A stretch of 53,333 nt of DNA from a bacterium (GTDB taxonomy: Bacteria; Patescibacteriota; Minisyncoccia; Phycocordibacterales; UBA5272). How positions within the stretch are numbered: position 1 is the first letter of the stretch; each line of letters starts with the position of its first letter. The DNA lies in the NCBI GenBank assembly GCA_043719155.1, contig JAYSUJ010000002.1:1-53333 (forward strand). The letters are read 5' to 3'. Both the position numbers and the translations under genes were made by a program. The notes under the pieces are model-generated. The model saw only the letters and a list, made by a program, of their open reading frames with translations. It did not search any database and was not told where the DNA came from. Positions 36,903 through 47,326 of this stretch are shown here, one piece after another.

Positions 36903-39900
36903 TTATTGACGGATTGAGTAAGAGTTAGTTGGGAAGTTGTACACTGTCGCAGCAGAAATGTTTGTACCACCACCAACTGAGTCATCCCAAGTAGTTGTAC
37001 CTGGAGTAACCGATGAAGAAACTGTAACTACTGTAGAAGCAGTAACTGTTCCAGCAACGTTAGCATAAAGACTGAAAGTCTTAGATGTATTAGGGGCAAT
37101 TGTGTATCCAGCTGGAGATGCTCCAAATGTCATTACACAAGCACCTATAGCAGTACAACCAGATGAGACACTTGAACCAGAGATAGTAGTATTACCATCT
37201 GCAATTCTTGCTCCAGACAATACTACTGAAGTTAAACCAGACACAGCAACATTGAATGCAAGGTTGTTGATACGGATTTGTCCAGCAGCGTCAGCAGCAA
37301 TAGTAACTTCACCAATTTTGTTTTCAGCTCCGATAGTAAGACCCGTTTGTTGTGTAGAACTTACAGTAAAGGTTGGTTTAGAACCAACGATCATATGTGA
37401 AGCTGTAACAGCAGTACCTGGAGTTGGAGTGATAGATTGTACAGTATTTCCATCATTGTAAGTAACAGTTGTAGCTGTTAGGTTTACAGTAACAGGAGAG
37501 TTAGCTGAACAGCCGTTTACAGTACCAACACACACAAGACCAACAGTAACTGGAATGTTTATACCAGATGCGTCAGCAGGAACAACTGAACCTACATTGT
37601 AGATTGTTGCAGTTCCACCAACAAAGTTTGCTGACTTACCATTCATCATTACAGTAGTAACTGTGTTAGTAGGAGCAGTAAACGTAACATCTTTAACAGT
37701 TGCACCAGCAGTACCGTTAGACTTGAAGTTATACGTACCAATTACAAACGCAGTTTGATTTCCTGTTACAAGTTGTGCAACTGGAGAAAGACCTGTGTTG
37801 TAAGTAACTCCACCTGCCGCTATTACAGCTGCATTTGAAGTCGTGATAGATCCTAGAACAGTGGCAGTTGTAGCTGACAAGTTAGAAGTGTTACCACGGT
37901 AAGTAATGTTAAATGATGGCTGTACAGTTAGAGTAGATGCACCTGAACCAAAGTCTGCATACACATCAAATACTTTCGTAGTTGATTGTGGAATAGACAA
38001 TTGAGCCGAGAATGCGTTTGAACTAGTTATAACTGGATTACCAATTGGAGTACCTACTACAGTCGAACCATCCTTAATTGTAAGGTTAGTCAATTGATTA
38101 GCAGGTTGCATTGTGTTTCCAGCTCCTGCAACAAGAGTAACAGACAAGTTGTTTACAGTAACTCCTTCTGCAGATCCAGTTTGGATAGAGAATGAACCAA
38201 TTTTAACAGCTTGTGCGTTTGGCGCTTTTGTAGAAGTAGAGAAACCAGAAGTTGCTCCAAAAGTTACATTATTTCCGATTGTAAGAGTTTGACCTCCAGA
38301 AGCAGAAGTGTTTGTAGTTTGTGAAGACGAAATTCCTTGTGCATTTTGAGAACCAACTAACAAGTTAGCTGTAATTGTGCCTGCAGTATAGGCAACAGAT
38401 GATGAGTTCAAAGTGTCAGCTCTAAGTTCTACTGTAACAGATTGTCCAGCAGGAATATAAAGTGATGAACCAAGACCATTAAATGCGAATGCAATACCAG
38501 CAGCATTAACTCCGATTGTAATCGGGTTAATATTTGAACCAACTTGACCTCCATTTACATAGAGAGCTACGTTAGCCAAAGTAACTTGTCCCCCAGAAGC
38601 GGCAGTAAGACCACCTGCACCTGTTGTAGTGTTGAAATTTAAAGTTGTAACTTTAACATCTTCACCATAAGAAGTAAATTTCCAAGCTCCGATTTTTACA
38701 TTTGAGGCTCCACCAACCAAGTTTGTTTGGTTATTGAAAGCAGTATCTTGTGTAATTGTCAAAGAACCAGTGTTTACAGTAATTTGTCCTGCATTAGAGT
38801 TAACTAAGTCATTACCATTATTTGTAACATTTACATAGATACCAGGAAGAGTTGAGTCTTCTACACGGATATCTGTTCCTCTTTCTACAGACATGTAGAA
38901 ATTTCGGTTTGCACCAGCCACAACATCAGCTCTAAGTTCTACCAAGTGTGAACCAGTATTCAACATAACAGGGTTAGCCATCATGTCAAAAATGAATTGA
39001 TTCATAGAGTTGATAGCTCCACTTCCTTTTGAAACACCGTCAATGTACAATTGTGCATTTGAAAGTGTGTTTGAAGGAGCAGATCCAATCATCTTGAAAG
39101 TAATCCCAGCAAATTTTGCAGGATTAGTTCCGATACTAAGAGAGTTAGACCAAATGATTTGATTCATTGATCCAGCATTTATAGCAGTAGCAGATGGGTT
39201 TGGAGTTGCAGTTGGGAAATTAGCTGTTACTGTTTGAGCAGAAGAAATTGAAAACAATGGACCATTTACTCCTTCAACCGGAGTTGAAGTCGCACCCATC
39301 ATAGTCACTGACTTCATAGCAACACCAACAGTTTGACCTGAAGATGATGTACAGCCAGAGATTCCCGCTTTACAGATATCAGCTCTTACAGTAATAGTTT
39401 TTGTACCATTAACTGTAAAGATTCCTGAACCTGAAGAAAAACGGATAGTTCCATTTGTAAGTACAGATGACGCATCTGTAATACGAGTTGCCCCGTCATA
39501 CAAATACACATTTCTAAGTGTAGAGTTTGAAGACAGACCTATTCTTTGCAATTCTAGAACAGTCACAGATCCGTTTCCAGATACTACGAACTCTCCTAAT
39601 TTTGCTCCAGATTGTCCTTCAACTAATACAGATACTGGAATATTGTTAGAAACAACGCCTGAGCCAGTATTTGTAACAGGAGGAACGGTTGTAGTGTTAC
39701 CAGTAGCTGAACAAATTTTGTTCAAAGCCATTCTAGTAAGAGGTCCAGCGTATCCTGAAACAGGAGACACACCATTAGCAGCTTGGAATCTCTTCACAGC
39801 AGCCATAGTTGCAGGTCCGAATCTTAGAGACTCATACCCAGCAGAACCAGCACCAGACGCAGCTACACGAGTAGCAGCATCCATGTTTAATAATTTTTGC

Positions 39901-40055
39901 AAATTTTGTACATCCGTTGAAACAGCTCCAAGTTTTAAGTTGGTGTTGAATTGGTATGCGCAAGTATTTGTTTGTGCAGGAACAGTTGCGAAAGCTGCTG
40001 ACAAAGTCAGAGCAGCTACAGCAACAGAACCCAACACAGATTTAGTTAATGCCAT
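36903..40055 (-). CDS. Major surface/S-layer-like protein with N-terminal peptidoglycan-binding domain and beta-rich repeats
   Basis: Signal peptide; LKLGAVSTDVQNLQKLLN..FGPATMAAVKRFQ..GYAGPLT; Thr/Ser/Gly/Val-rich. Confidence 0.82.
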   Translation of the reverse strand: MALTKSVLGSVAVAALTLSAAFATVPAQTNTCAYQFNTNLKLGAVSTDVQNLQKLLNMDAATRVAASGAGSAGYESLRFGPATMAAVKRFQAANGVSPVSGYAGPLTRMALNKICSATGNTTTVPPVTNTGSGVVSNNIPVSVLVEGQSGAKLGEFVVSGNGSVTVLELQRIGLSSNSTLRNVYLYDGATRITDASSVLTNGTIRFSSGSGIFTVNGTKTITVRADICKAGISGCTSSSGQTVGVAMKSVTMMGATSTPVEGVNGPLFSISSAQTVTANFPTATPNPSATAINAGSMNQIIWSNSLSIGTNPAKFAGITFKMIGSAPSNTLSNAQLYIDGVSKGSGAINSMNQFIFDMMANPVMLNTGSHLVELRADVVAGANRNFYMSVERGTDIRVEDSTLPGIYVNVTNNGNDLVNSNAGQITVNTGSLTITQDTAFNNQTNLVGGASNVKIGAWKFTSYGEDVKVTTLNFNTTTGAGGLTAASGGQVTLANVALYVNGGQVGSNINPITIGVNAAGIAFAFNGLGSSLYIPAGQSVTVELRADTLNSSSVAYTAGTITANLLVGSQNAQGISSSQTTNTSASGGQTLTIGNNVTFGATSGFSTSTKAPNAQAVKIGSFSIQTGSAEGVTVNNLSVTLVAGAGNTMQPANQLTNLTIKDGSTVVGTPIGNPVITSSNAFSAQLSIPQSTTKVFDVYADFGSGASTLTVQPSFNITYRGNTSNLSATTATVLGSITTSNAAVIAAGGVTYNTGLSPVAQLVTGNQTAFVIGTYNFKSNGTAGATVKDVTFTAPTNTVTTVMMNGKSANFVGGTATIYNVGSVVPADASGINIPVTVGLVCVGTVNGCSANSPVTVNLTATTVTYNDGNTVQSITPTPGTAVTASHMIVGSKPTFTVSSTQQTGLTIGAENKIGEVTIAADAAGQIRINNLAFNVAVSGLTSVVLSGARIADGNTTISGSSVSSGCTAIGACVMTFGASPAGYTIAPNTSKTFSLYANVAGTVTASTVVTVSSSVTPGTTTWDDSVGGGTNISAATVYNFPTNSYSIRQ

Positions 40056-40651
40056 AATTTATTTAATGATTTTTAATGTCGCCAATTTTCTTAGGATTTG
40101 CGAGATTGTAATTGCGACAGAGTAAATTTTAAATTTATTTTTTTATACTTTTAACTTTGTTATTTTATTTAACGCTATTAATTTCTAGAAAAATGAAAAC
40201 TTAGATATTTTTCCCCACCGTTGTTTATACAGAATTATATTTCCCCTATAGCTTAATTTAATTTTAAGCTGGTAGAAACTAGTTTCCTGTTAATTGATGA
40301 TAATAAGAAATTTGTTTTGTCATCTTTGGTTGTGACACCAAAGACCGCATTTCTCGTACGATCGAAATGCAAAGATCGTGATATTAAACTATTGCTAGTT
40401 TTAATACCAAAAGTTTCGATTCACATTTTTCAATATTTAATTGTCAATGATCATCACAAGCTCTAGAGAGATTAAGGACACGACCCCTAATATCACTTTC
40501 TTTTAACGCTTGCAAATTGTTATTACCGATCAATCAATTAATTAATTGACTGAAAAGTCTCCCCCCACACACCTAGATACGAACTTACCCCTGTTTTGTG
40601 ACAAGGAAAAGTGGTTAAAAAAGCGGCAGGAGGATAACTAGTATTGTACCA
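40056..40651 (-). promoter_or_regulatory. About 600-nt structured 5' leader with extended -10 (TGgTACAAT, 40643-40651) and a boxA-like site (40441-40453)
   Basis: Several hairpins; TGATCATTGACAA on the minus strand; no ORF of 60 aa or more within it. Confidence 0.55.
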
Positions 40652-40704
40652 TGAAATGGGTGTTTTAACTAGGCTAAAATCCTGTACAAAAAACTTAATA
40701 CACA

Positions 40705-40965
40705 CTAATACACACTATCGTGGTCGCCAATATCTACAATCAAAATAGTCTTTTCAACTATTATTATAAATATGACCCTGTCTTTATAATTTAATCTGCA
40801 ACTATACCTGTCTGCAAATTTTCCTGCCAGTTTGTGCATTTTTAAACTCGGTGAAAATGGATCTATTTCTAACTTAGAAAAAACTTTACTAAGGGTAACA
40901 CTTTGCTCGACTGTTAGTTTTTTAATTTTTCTTTTGACGAACTCTGTGACTTCTATTTTGTACAC
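40705..40965 (-). CDS. RelE/YafQ-family mRNA interferase toxin
   Basis: DPFSPSLKMHKLAGK..YSCRLNYKDRVIF..DIGDHDSVY. Confidence 0.88.
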   Translation of the reverse strand: MYKIEVTEFVKRKIKKLTVEQSVTLSKVFSKLEIDPFSPSLKMHKLAGKFADRYSCRLNYKDRVIFIIIVEKTILIVDIGDHDSVY

Positions 40966-40971
40966 ACTCTC

Positions 40972-41196
40972 TTACCCCAAATTTAAATCCCGCCAATTTG
41001 TGGTCTTGCCTTTTTTGTATTCTTTTAAAGCATCTGAAGTTCTCTTTTCTATGCTTTTTTTGGTAATCTTCCAACCTGTAGTTTGTGTTTTTTGAGACTT
41101 TAAAAGATTCGTTAGGAAAAGTTTTGGTACAACTACAAAAGGCCCCTTTTCAGAATTGTAGTCAAAAAGTTTTTTATCTAAAATTACGTTATTCAT
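40972..41196 (-). CDS. Putative cognate antitoxin
   Basis: Small ORF directly upstream of the toxin; FVVVPK and DALKEYKKGKT motifs. Confidence 0.7.
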   Translation of the reverse strand: MNNVILDKKLFDYNSEKGPFVVVPKLFLTNLLKSQKTQTTGWKITKKSIEKRTSDALKEYKKGKTTNWRDLNLG

Positions 41197-41222
41197 ATCT
41201 CTAAATATACCACACCTTAAAA

Positions 41223-42023
41223 CTATTTCAAATAGTACTTTGCCCAGCGTTTCTTGCCCAACATTATCACTTTTTTATCTCGCATCAGCTCTAACAAATC
41301 TCTTTGCAAAGTTTTAGAGTTTACCCCTTTTACTTTTGCCACAATCTCGCGTATAGCCCCTCCCCCATTTACAAGAGCCTTTAACACATTTTGCCTTCTT
41401 TCATAAATTTCTTTTTCAGTAGTTTCAACATCTGTTTCAGCCCCCTCTTCTTCAGCTGCTAAAAAAGTACTTTCCAATATTTTTTTAGGGGAAGCTGGCA
41501 CAACCACATTCTGGAATGGAGACTTGGCAGACAGGTTTGCGTAGGTGATATTTGAAGCCATAAAAGTGTCGGGAGATGCGGCCGGGACCTCGGCAAAATC
41601 AAGATTTGCTTTAGTAGAATTTATAGCTGCTACAACCGCACTTTCTTTGGCTATTTTTCTAGCCAGACTGTCATCCATTTCTTTCAAATTTACCAAGGGA
41701 CTGAGTTCATTATTTTTTTGATTTATTAAATGCAAAATATGTTTTAAAAAGGCTAGCTGCGAGTCGATGAAAACCTGGGCATTCATAACTGAAACATGTT
41801 GACTGAGCTTTGCAAAATCTACCAAGTCAACCAAATATGCCACAGCTGCATAGACTTGTTTTAAGTCTTCAACTTTTCCATCAGAGCTGCGAAAAATTTG
41901 AGCCAAAGCTAAAAGCTCAAAACTTTGGTCTTGCAAAAGACCTATCAGTTTTGCTTGTTTACTGTCTACCTTGTTGGCTATAAAACTTATAGCCAGACTT
42001 ACTTTTTTTATATATTCAAACAT
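41223..42023 (-). CDS. Hypothetical protein with C-terminal winged-helix (DeoR-like) domain
   Basis: RRQNVLKAL..IREI..VNSKTLQRDLLELM..GKKRWAKY. Confidence 0.7.
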   Translation of the reverse strand: MFEYIKKVSLAISFIANKVDSKQAKLIGLLQDQSFELLALAQIFRSSDGKVEDLKQVYAAVAYLVDLVDFAKLSQHVSVMNAQVFIDSQLAFLKHILHLINQKNNELSPLVNLKEMDDSLARKIAKESAVVAAINSTKANLDFAEVPAASPDTFMASNITYANLSAKSPFQNVVVPASPKKILESTFLAAEEEGAETDVETTEKEIYERRQNVLKALVNGGGAIREIVAKVKGVNSKTLQRDLLELMRDKKVIMLGKKRWAKYYLK

Positions 42024-42093
42024 ATTTTATACTCATTTTATGTTTTATTAAAATTTTATCTCTCTTTATTTATATAGCTTTTTTAGCTTTATA

Positions 42094-42256
42094 GTGTCTT
42101 TTATATGTATTTTATACTCTTAGACTGGCTTTAACTTTTTTATAAAAGACATCTATACAATTTACAATCCTGAGCGTTTTCTGGATGTCCTTTACACTCT
42201 CTCTCAAAGACATTTTTAAGACATTTACATTATACCATAAAAGACATCAGGTGTCT
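42094..42256. promoter_or_regulatory. Cluster of AAGACAT-type motifs in both orientations (putative operator array)
   Basis: Copies near 42094, 42144, 42185, 42206, 42218, 42239 and 42251. Confidence 0.6.
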
Positions 42257-42404
42257 AATCAGCCTCGTGCCCTTTCCCCTTGTGTTTTTGTATCCACAAA
42301 TTCCAATATTTGTGGGACTTTTTTGCAGCCAGACCATGCTAAACTAAATAAAAGCCTGGCTCCTGTTTAGGTAATTGTAAACAAGTAATAATAGAGAAGA
42401 AAAT

Positions 42405-44975
42405 ATGAAGAAAACCAAGAAAAAGAGTGCGGATAGATTTGAGGATTTTGAGGCTGAGCAACTACCCTTTGTGGGTGCAAGTTTTTTGGAAAGGCACCCC
42501 ATACATGCAGGTAAAACTTTTGGAGTTTTTTTACTCCTCTTAACTGTGTTTTCTTTTTCCTCTTTGTTTGGCTTGGCAGGGTCTCTGGGTCGCGACTATT
42601 TTACTTTTTTTACCGAAGTTTTTGGTACCTATGCCTATATCGCCCCGCTTATCTATTTACTCTTTGCCTATCTCATACTCCGCAAACATTTTCACGTGTT
42701 AAAGTCTATTCGTTTTTGGTGTTTTGTAGCTCTATTTTTCATCGCCTTTATCTTTCTTGGTTTCTTTGCCATGGCAGGCTTGGCCGGAAACTCTTTAGCT
42801 AGACTTTTACAAATAACTTTTGGAAACATCCCTACCGTTTTCCTGCTTTCTTTATCTGCCCTTCTCATCTTGTTTAGACTTTTCGAAACCAGTATTTCGG
42901 AAATAGTGTCCAACCGCTTTAGCCCAAAAAGTGAGTTGTTAAACCTCGAGTCAGAAGTAGAGGAGGAAGCAGTGGAGACCTACAAACAAACTTCCAATTT
43001 TTTTCAAAAAGTCTTTTCCTTTTTCAGTTCTAGTAAGCCTAAAGTTGTAAAAAATTTGGACATAAACCACCTAGACCGTTTTGGCAATGACGCAAGCTTT
43101 GGGGACAATCATGAAAACCCTGACGGCCAATATGAGGAAGTGGAAGAAGAGGTAGAACAAGTGGACCACAGCAAAGACGATGTACGCATGTCTATGTATG
43201 AGGCAGCCGGTGTAAAACTTTCAAAAGAAGAGAGGGAGAAAGTCACAATAAAAAGACTGGTCAGAAAAGAAGTGCCGACCGAAGTTTTGCAAGTCAAAAA
43301 AGATAACGCTGAAAAGATAAAGCAAATCCAAGACACCTATCAAAGACCGCCCATTTCCATGTACACCGAAGACTCTGGTAAAAGCTCGGCCGGAGACAAT
43401 AAAGAGAATGCAAGAATAATTAAAAGAACCTTAAATGACTTTGGCATATCCGTAGAGATGGACGAGGTGACAGTAGGGCCAACGGTAACACGTTATGCTC
43501 TAAAACCAGCACAAGGAGTAAAGATAGAAAAGATAATGAATCTTGCAAACAATATCGCCCTCGAATTGGGCGTGTCTTCTGTGTCTATTACCAGAGTTCA
43601 TGAAAGGTCTCTCATCGGTATAGAAGTGCCCAACAAACAAAAAGCCAAACTTGGTCTGGCCAACCTTTTGGGGACCAAAGAGTTTAATGAAAGAAAAGAA
43701 AAGTTGACGCTCGCTTTTGGAAAAGACATTTACGGCTCCCCTGCTTTTGCCGACATGGCAAAAATGCCACACTTACTAGTTGCAGGTACCACAGGTGCCG
43801 GAAAGTCGGTTCTGGTACATGGCTTGATCAACTCTCTCATTTATAAAAACTCTCCGTATGACTTGAAATTTATTTTGGTTGACCCGAAAAAAGTAGAATT
43901 TGCCTTGTACGCCAACTTGCCTCACCTTTTTACACCTGTTATCAAAGACCCTAAAAAAGCAATACAAACTCTAAATTGGCTAGTCCAAGAAATGGACAGG
44001 CGTTATCAAGTTTTAGAAGATGCAGGCAAACAAAACATTTCTTCTTATCACCTTTTTGTTGCTGAAAAATATAAAAAACTGGAAGGAAAAGTTTCCAGTC
44101 GTGATGCAGTCTTGACTGAAAAGTTGCCAGAGAAAATGCCTTACATTATTTTAGTTATAGACGAGTTAGCAGACTTTATGATGAAATACCCCAAAGAAAT
44201 GGAGAGCGGCATCGTAAAGCTAGCCCAAATGTCACGGGCCGTCGGCATTCACCTCATCCTCGCTACCCAAAGACCTTCGACTAACATTATTACAGGTGTT
44301 ATCAAAGGAAACATCCCGTCTCGGGTTGCTTTACGTGTTGCTTCTCAAGTTGACTCAAGAGTAATTATCGACCAAGGTGGAGCCGAAAAACTGTTAGGTT
44401 ATGGTGACTTACTTTTGCAAACTTCTGACAGTCCAGACTTGAGGCGTATTCAGTCTCCAAACGTTACCGAAGAAGAGACAAAGGAAGTGGTGGCTTATTT
44501 GCGCTCAAAATACGATGACCTGGTAGCTGAAGATTTAAAAACTGCAGACGGAAGCATTGTCGGTAGTCAAAATTTAAATAGTAGCTTTAACGGTGGAGGG
44601 AATAATGGTCCAGTTTCAGATTCAGACTTTAATAGTGATGACGATAAATACGAGGACGCCAAACAAGTAGTAATGCAAACAGGAAAAACTTCTATTTCCA
44701 ATTTGCAGGTAAGACTAGGTACCGGCTATGCCAGATCTGCCAAGCTTATCAACATGTTGGAAAGCGCAGGGGTTATCATCACCGTCAATGATAACAATGG
44801 TAAAAAAGTAAAAGTAGTTCGCGGACAAGAAAATGCGAATCAGAGAACTAGTGAGGACTTAGAAAAAGTTGCTGACAAGATCTTAGATGGAAAACAGGTG
44901 GACCAAGACGAGTATGAAGATGCAACTGAAAATGGCAATAAACAAGAAAAAAACTCCGGCTTCTTTAGGTTTTAA
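42405..44975 (+). CDS. ftsK: DNA translocase FtsK/SpoIIIE
   Basis: N-terminal TMs; GPTVTRY; MPHLLVAGTTGAGKSV; DELAD; ATQRPS; GAEKLLGYGD; gamma domain LQVRLGTGYARSA. Confidence 0.97.
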   Translation: MKKTKKKSADRFEDFEAEQLPFVGASFLERHPIHAGKTFGVFLLLLTVFSFSSLFGLAGSLGRDYFTFFTEVFGTYAYIAPLIYLLFAYLILRKHFHVLKSIRFWCFVALFFIAFIFLGFFAMAGLAGNSLARLLQITFGNIPTVFLLSLSALLILFRLFETSISEIVSNRFSPKSELLNLESEVEEEAVETYKQTSNFFQKVFSFFSSSKPKVVKNLDINHLDRFGNDASFGDNHENPDGQYEEVEEEVEQVDHSKDDVRMSMYEAAGVKLSKEEREKVTIKRLVRKEVPTEVLQVKKDNAEKIKQIQDTYQRPPISMYTEDSGKSSAGDNKENARIIKRTLNDFGISVEMDEVTVGPTVTRYALKPAQGVKIEKIMNLANNIALELGVSSVSITRVHERSLIGIEVPNKQKAKLGLANLLGTKEFNERKEKLTLAFGKDIYGSPAFADMAKMPHLLVAGTTGAGKSVLVHGLINSLIYKNSPYDLKFILVDPKKVEFALYANLPHLFTPVIKDPKKAIQTLNWLVQEMDRRYQVLEDAGKQNISSYHLFVAEKYKKLEGKVSSRDAVLTEKLPEKMPYIILVIDELADFMMKYPKEMESGIVKLAQMSRAVGIHLILATQRPSTNIITGVIKGNIPSRVALRVASQVDSRVIIDQGGAEKLLGYGDLLLQTSDSPDLRRIQSPNVTEEETKEVVAYLRSKYDDLVAEDLKTADGSIVGSQNLNSSFNGGGNNGPVSDSDFNSDDDKYEDAKQVVMQTGKTSISNLQVRLGTGYARSAKLINMLESAGVIITVNDNNGKKVKVVRGQENANQRTSEDLEKVADKILDGKQVDQDEYEDATENGNKQEKNSGFFRF

Positions 44976-44994
44976 ATTGTGCTAAAATAGGAAC

Positions 44995-45345
44995 ATGCTT
45001 CTTCGCAAAATACTTTTAATTGTTTTAATTTCTGCTTTTGTTTTATCGGTCATGGTCTATGGTTACTACAAAGCTTTACCACTTTTTCTAGGCCCAAAAA
45101 TTGAGCTATCCAGCCCAAACTCAAGTGTAAACGAAGTTAGTGCTGACCTCTTGACTATCATAGGCAATGTTTTTAGAGCTAAAGCCCTATATATAAATGG
45201 TGTGCCTACCAGCTTTACTGAAGCTGGACATTTTGAAACAGTACTGCCACTTTTTACAGGTGTAAACCTTATCCACATACAGGCTTTGGACAATTTTGGC
45301 AGGTCTACAGAAGTAGTAAAGAGCATCGGGCTGACAAAAAAATAG
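44995..45345 (+). CDS. Membrane-anchored Ig-like hypothetical protein
   Basis: N-terminal TM; GP..SP..G..LYING..GVNLI..A.D.FG pattern. Confidence 0.7.
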   Translation: MLLRKILLIVLISAFVLSVMVYGYYKALPLFLGPKIELSSPNSSVNEVSADLLTIIGNVFRAKALYINGVPTSFTEAGHFETVLPLFTGVNLIHIQALDNFGRSTEVVKSIGLTKK

Positions 45346-45350
45346 ATAAA

Positions 45351-46061
45351 TTATTCTATTGTTTTGTATTTTATCCAATCAAAAATTTCTTGATTTAAGT
45401 CTGTGCCTTTTTCAAGCTTACTTAGAAACTCTTGTTTGTTCACAATTTTACTGCACACTACCGGGATGTGTGAAGTAAAATAATTATTAAATGACGAGTG
45501 GGGATAGTTTTGCAGAAAATTTACAGCTTTGGGAAAATCTGCAATCCCTACATCTCTCCAATTTGTTTGAAATATTTTAAGCGGGTTTAGATGTAAATAT
45601 GAAAATAGGTACTTGTAGTACTCAGAGCTTTTTACATGTTCGGATTTAAACCTGCCCTCAAAAACCACCCCTGTTTTGTCGTACTTTTTGTTGTAATATT
45701 GTGAATACGAAGACGTTAATCTCTTCATGAAAATCGCTACATTATTATTATAATTTTTATGCATTGCATTGTCACCTCCAACTTTACTTTTTGGAACATG
45801 AAGCATAAGATGGAAATGATTGGACATTTGAACAAAGGACAGTATGTCGACTAGACCTGTTCCTCTTTCCATCGTGTATACATTTATTTTATTTTTTATA
45901 ATTTCACTAAAACGAAATCTCTTTGACCCATTGCAAATGTAGAGCATTTTTCTAAATCTTTCATAGTCTTGACTGTCATGAAAAATAAGATGTTTAAAGC
46001 TACCCCTATTGTAGACATGATAAGTTTCATTTTCAACAAACTTTACTTTTCTTTGAGTCAT
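45351..46061 (-). mobile_element. REP-associated tyrosine transposase (RAYT, Y1 HUH family)
   Basis: YHVYNRG..IF..DY.RF; MSNHFHL (HUH); YYNKKYDKTGVVFEGRFKS; YLHLNP; YPHSS. Confidence 0.88.
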
Positions 46062-46109
46062 ATTTAACCTAAATAAATTGTAGCATAAAATATTTTTTAA
46101 ATAAACTCA

Positions 46110-46131
46110 CTGCACACTACCTGGTAGTGTG
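46110..46131. repeat. REP-like palindrome cacactacc-t-ggtagtgtg; related copy at 45450-45472
   Basis: Perfect 9-bp inverted repeat containing GTAG upstream of the RAYT; ctgcacactacc is repeated inside the gene. Confidence 0.6.
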
Positions 46132-46198
46132 GTGGTATATTTTGAAAAAAGTCTTATACTTTTTATGTAGTTAAAATTAAAAGTAAACAAATAAAAAT

Positions 46199-47323
46199 AT
46201 GGCTAAAGATAAAAAAGAAAAAGTGTTGAAGGAGACTGGTGAAAAAGATGTTAAGAAAATGGACACAAAAGAACATAAGAATGAGACCGACGCTAGTAAT
46301 AAAAAAAGTATCGACCAGACACTGAAGGAGATACAAGGTAAGTTTGGAGCTGAGTCCATCATGAGACTTGGTGATACTCCAAAAATCGACATCGGCGTAG
46401 TCCCAACAGGCTCCATTGGTATAGATGAAGCCTTAGGTATTGGTGGACTACCTCGAGGTAGAATTATTGAAATTTATGGACCTGAGTCTTCTGGTAAAAC
46501 AACTTTAACCCTCCATGTAATTGCCGAAGCTCAAAAAATGGGAGGCATTTGTGCTTTTATCGATGCTGAGCATGCCATGGACCCAGAATACGCAACCAAG
46601 CTTGGTGTAAAAATATCTGAACTATTAATTTCCCAACCAGAAAGTGGCGAGCAAGCCCTAGACATTGTAGAGAGTTTGGTTCGTTCTGGGAAAATGGACG
46701 TTGTGGTTATCGACTCTGTAGCATCTCTTACCCCAAAAGACGAGATCGAGGGTGAAATGGGTGCCCACCATGTAGGTAAACAAGCTAGACTAATGTCTCA
46801 GGCTTTGCGAAAATTGACAGCTATCGCCGCTAAAACAAAAACGGTTATAATTTTCATTAACCAAATCCGTATGAAGATCGGAGTAATGTTTGGTAACCCC
46901 GAGACAACTCCAGGAGGAAATGCTTTAAAATTTTACTCTTCTGTTCGTATAGACATTCGTAAAACGGCTCAAATAAAAAAGGGAGAGGACGTAGTCGGTA
47001 GTCGTACCAAAGTAAAAATTGTGAAAAACAAAGTGGCCGCCCCTTTTAGAACTACTGAGTTCGACATAATCTACAATGAAGGAATTTCCAAAGAAGGAGA
47101 AATAATCGCCCTTGGTGAGAAATATGAGATCTTGCAAAAGCAAGGTAACAGCTATGCCTATGGTGAGGAAAAATTGGGACGCGGCTACGATGCAACTCGT
47201 ACATATCTGCGAGAAAATAAAGCAATATCAGAAAAAATTCTGCAAGAAATTTTAACTAAAATGCGTACTGCCCCAGTTCCAAATGAAAAAGCTGATGATG
47301 GCGAGGAACCAAAAGACGAGTAA
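46199..47323 (+). CDS. recA: Recombinase RecA
   Basis: [45 protein letters not shown]. Confidence 0.99.
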   Translation: MAKDKKEKVLKETGEKDVKKMDTKEHKNETDASNKKSIDQTLKEIQGKFGAESIMRLGDTPKIDIGVVPTGSIGIDEALGIGGLPRGRIIEIYGPESSGKTTLTLHVIAEAQKMGGICAFIDAEHAMDPEYATKLGVKISELLISQPESGEQALDIVESLVRSGKMDVVVIDSVASLTPKDEIEGEMGAHHVGKQARLMSQALRKLTAIAAKTKTVIIFINQIRMKIGVMFGNPETTPGGNALKFYSSVRIDIRKTAQIKKGEDVVGSRTKVKIVKNKVAAPFRTTEFDIIYNEGISKEGEIIALGEKYEILQKQGNSYAYGEEKLGRGYDATRTYLRENKAISEKILQEILTKMRTAPVPNEKADDGEEPKDE

Positions 47324-47326
47324 AAT

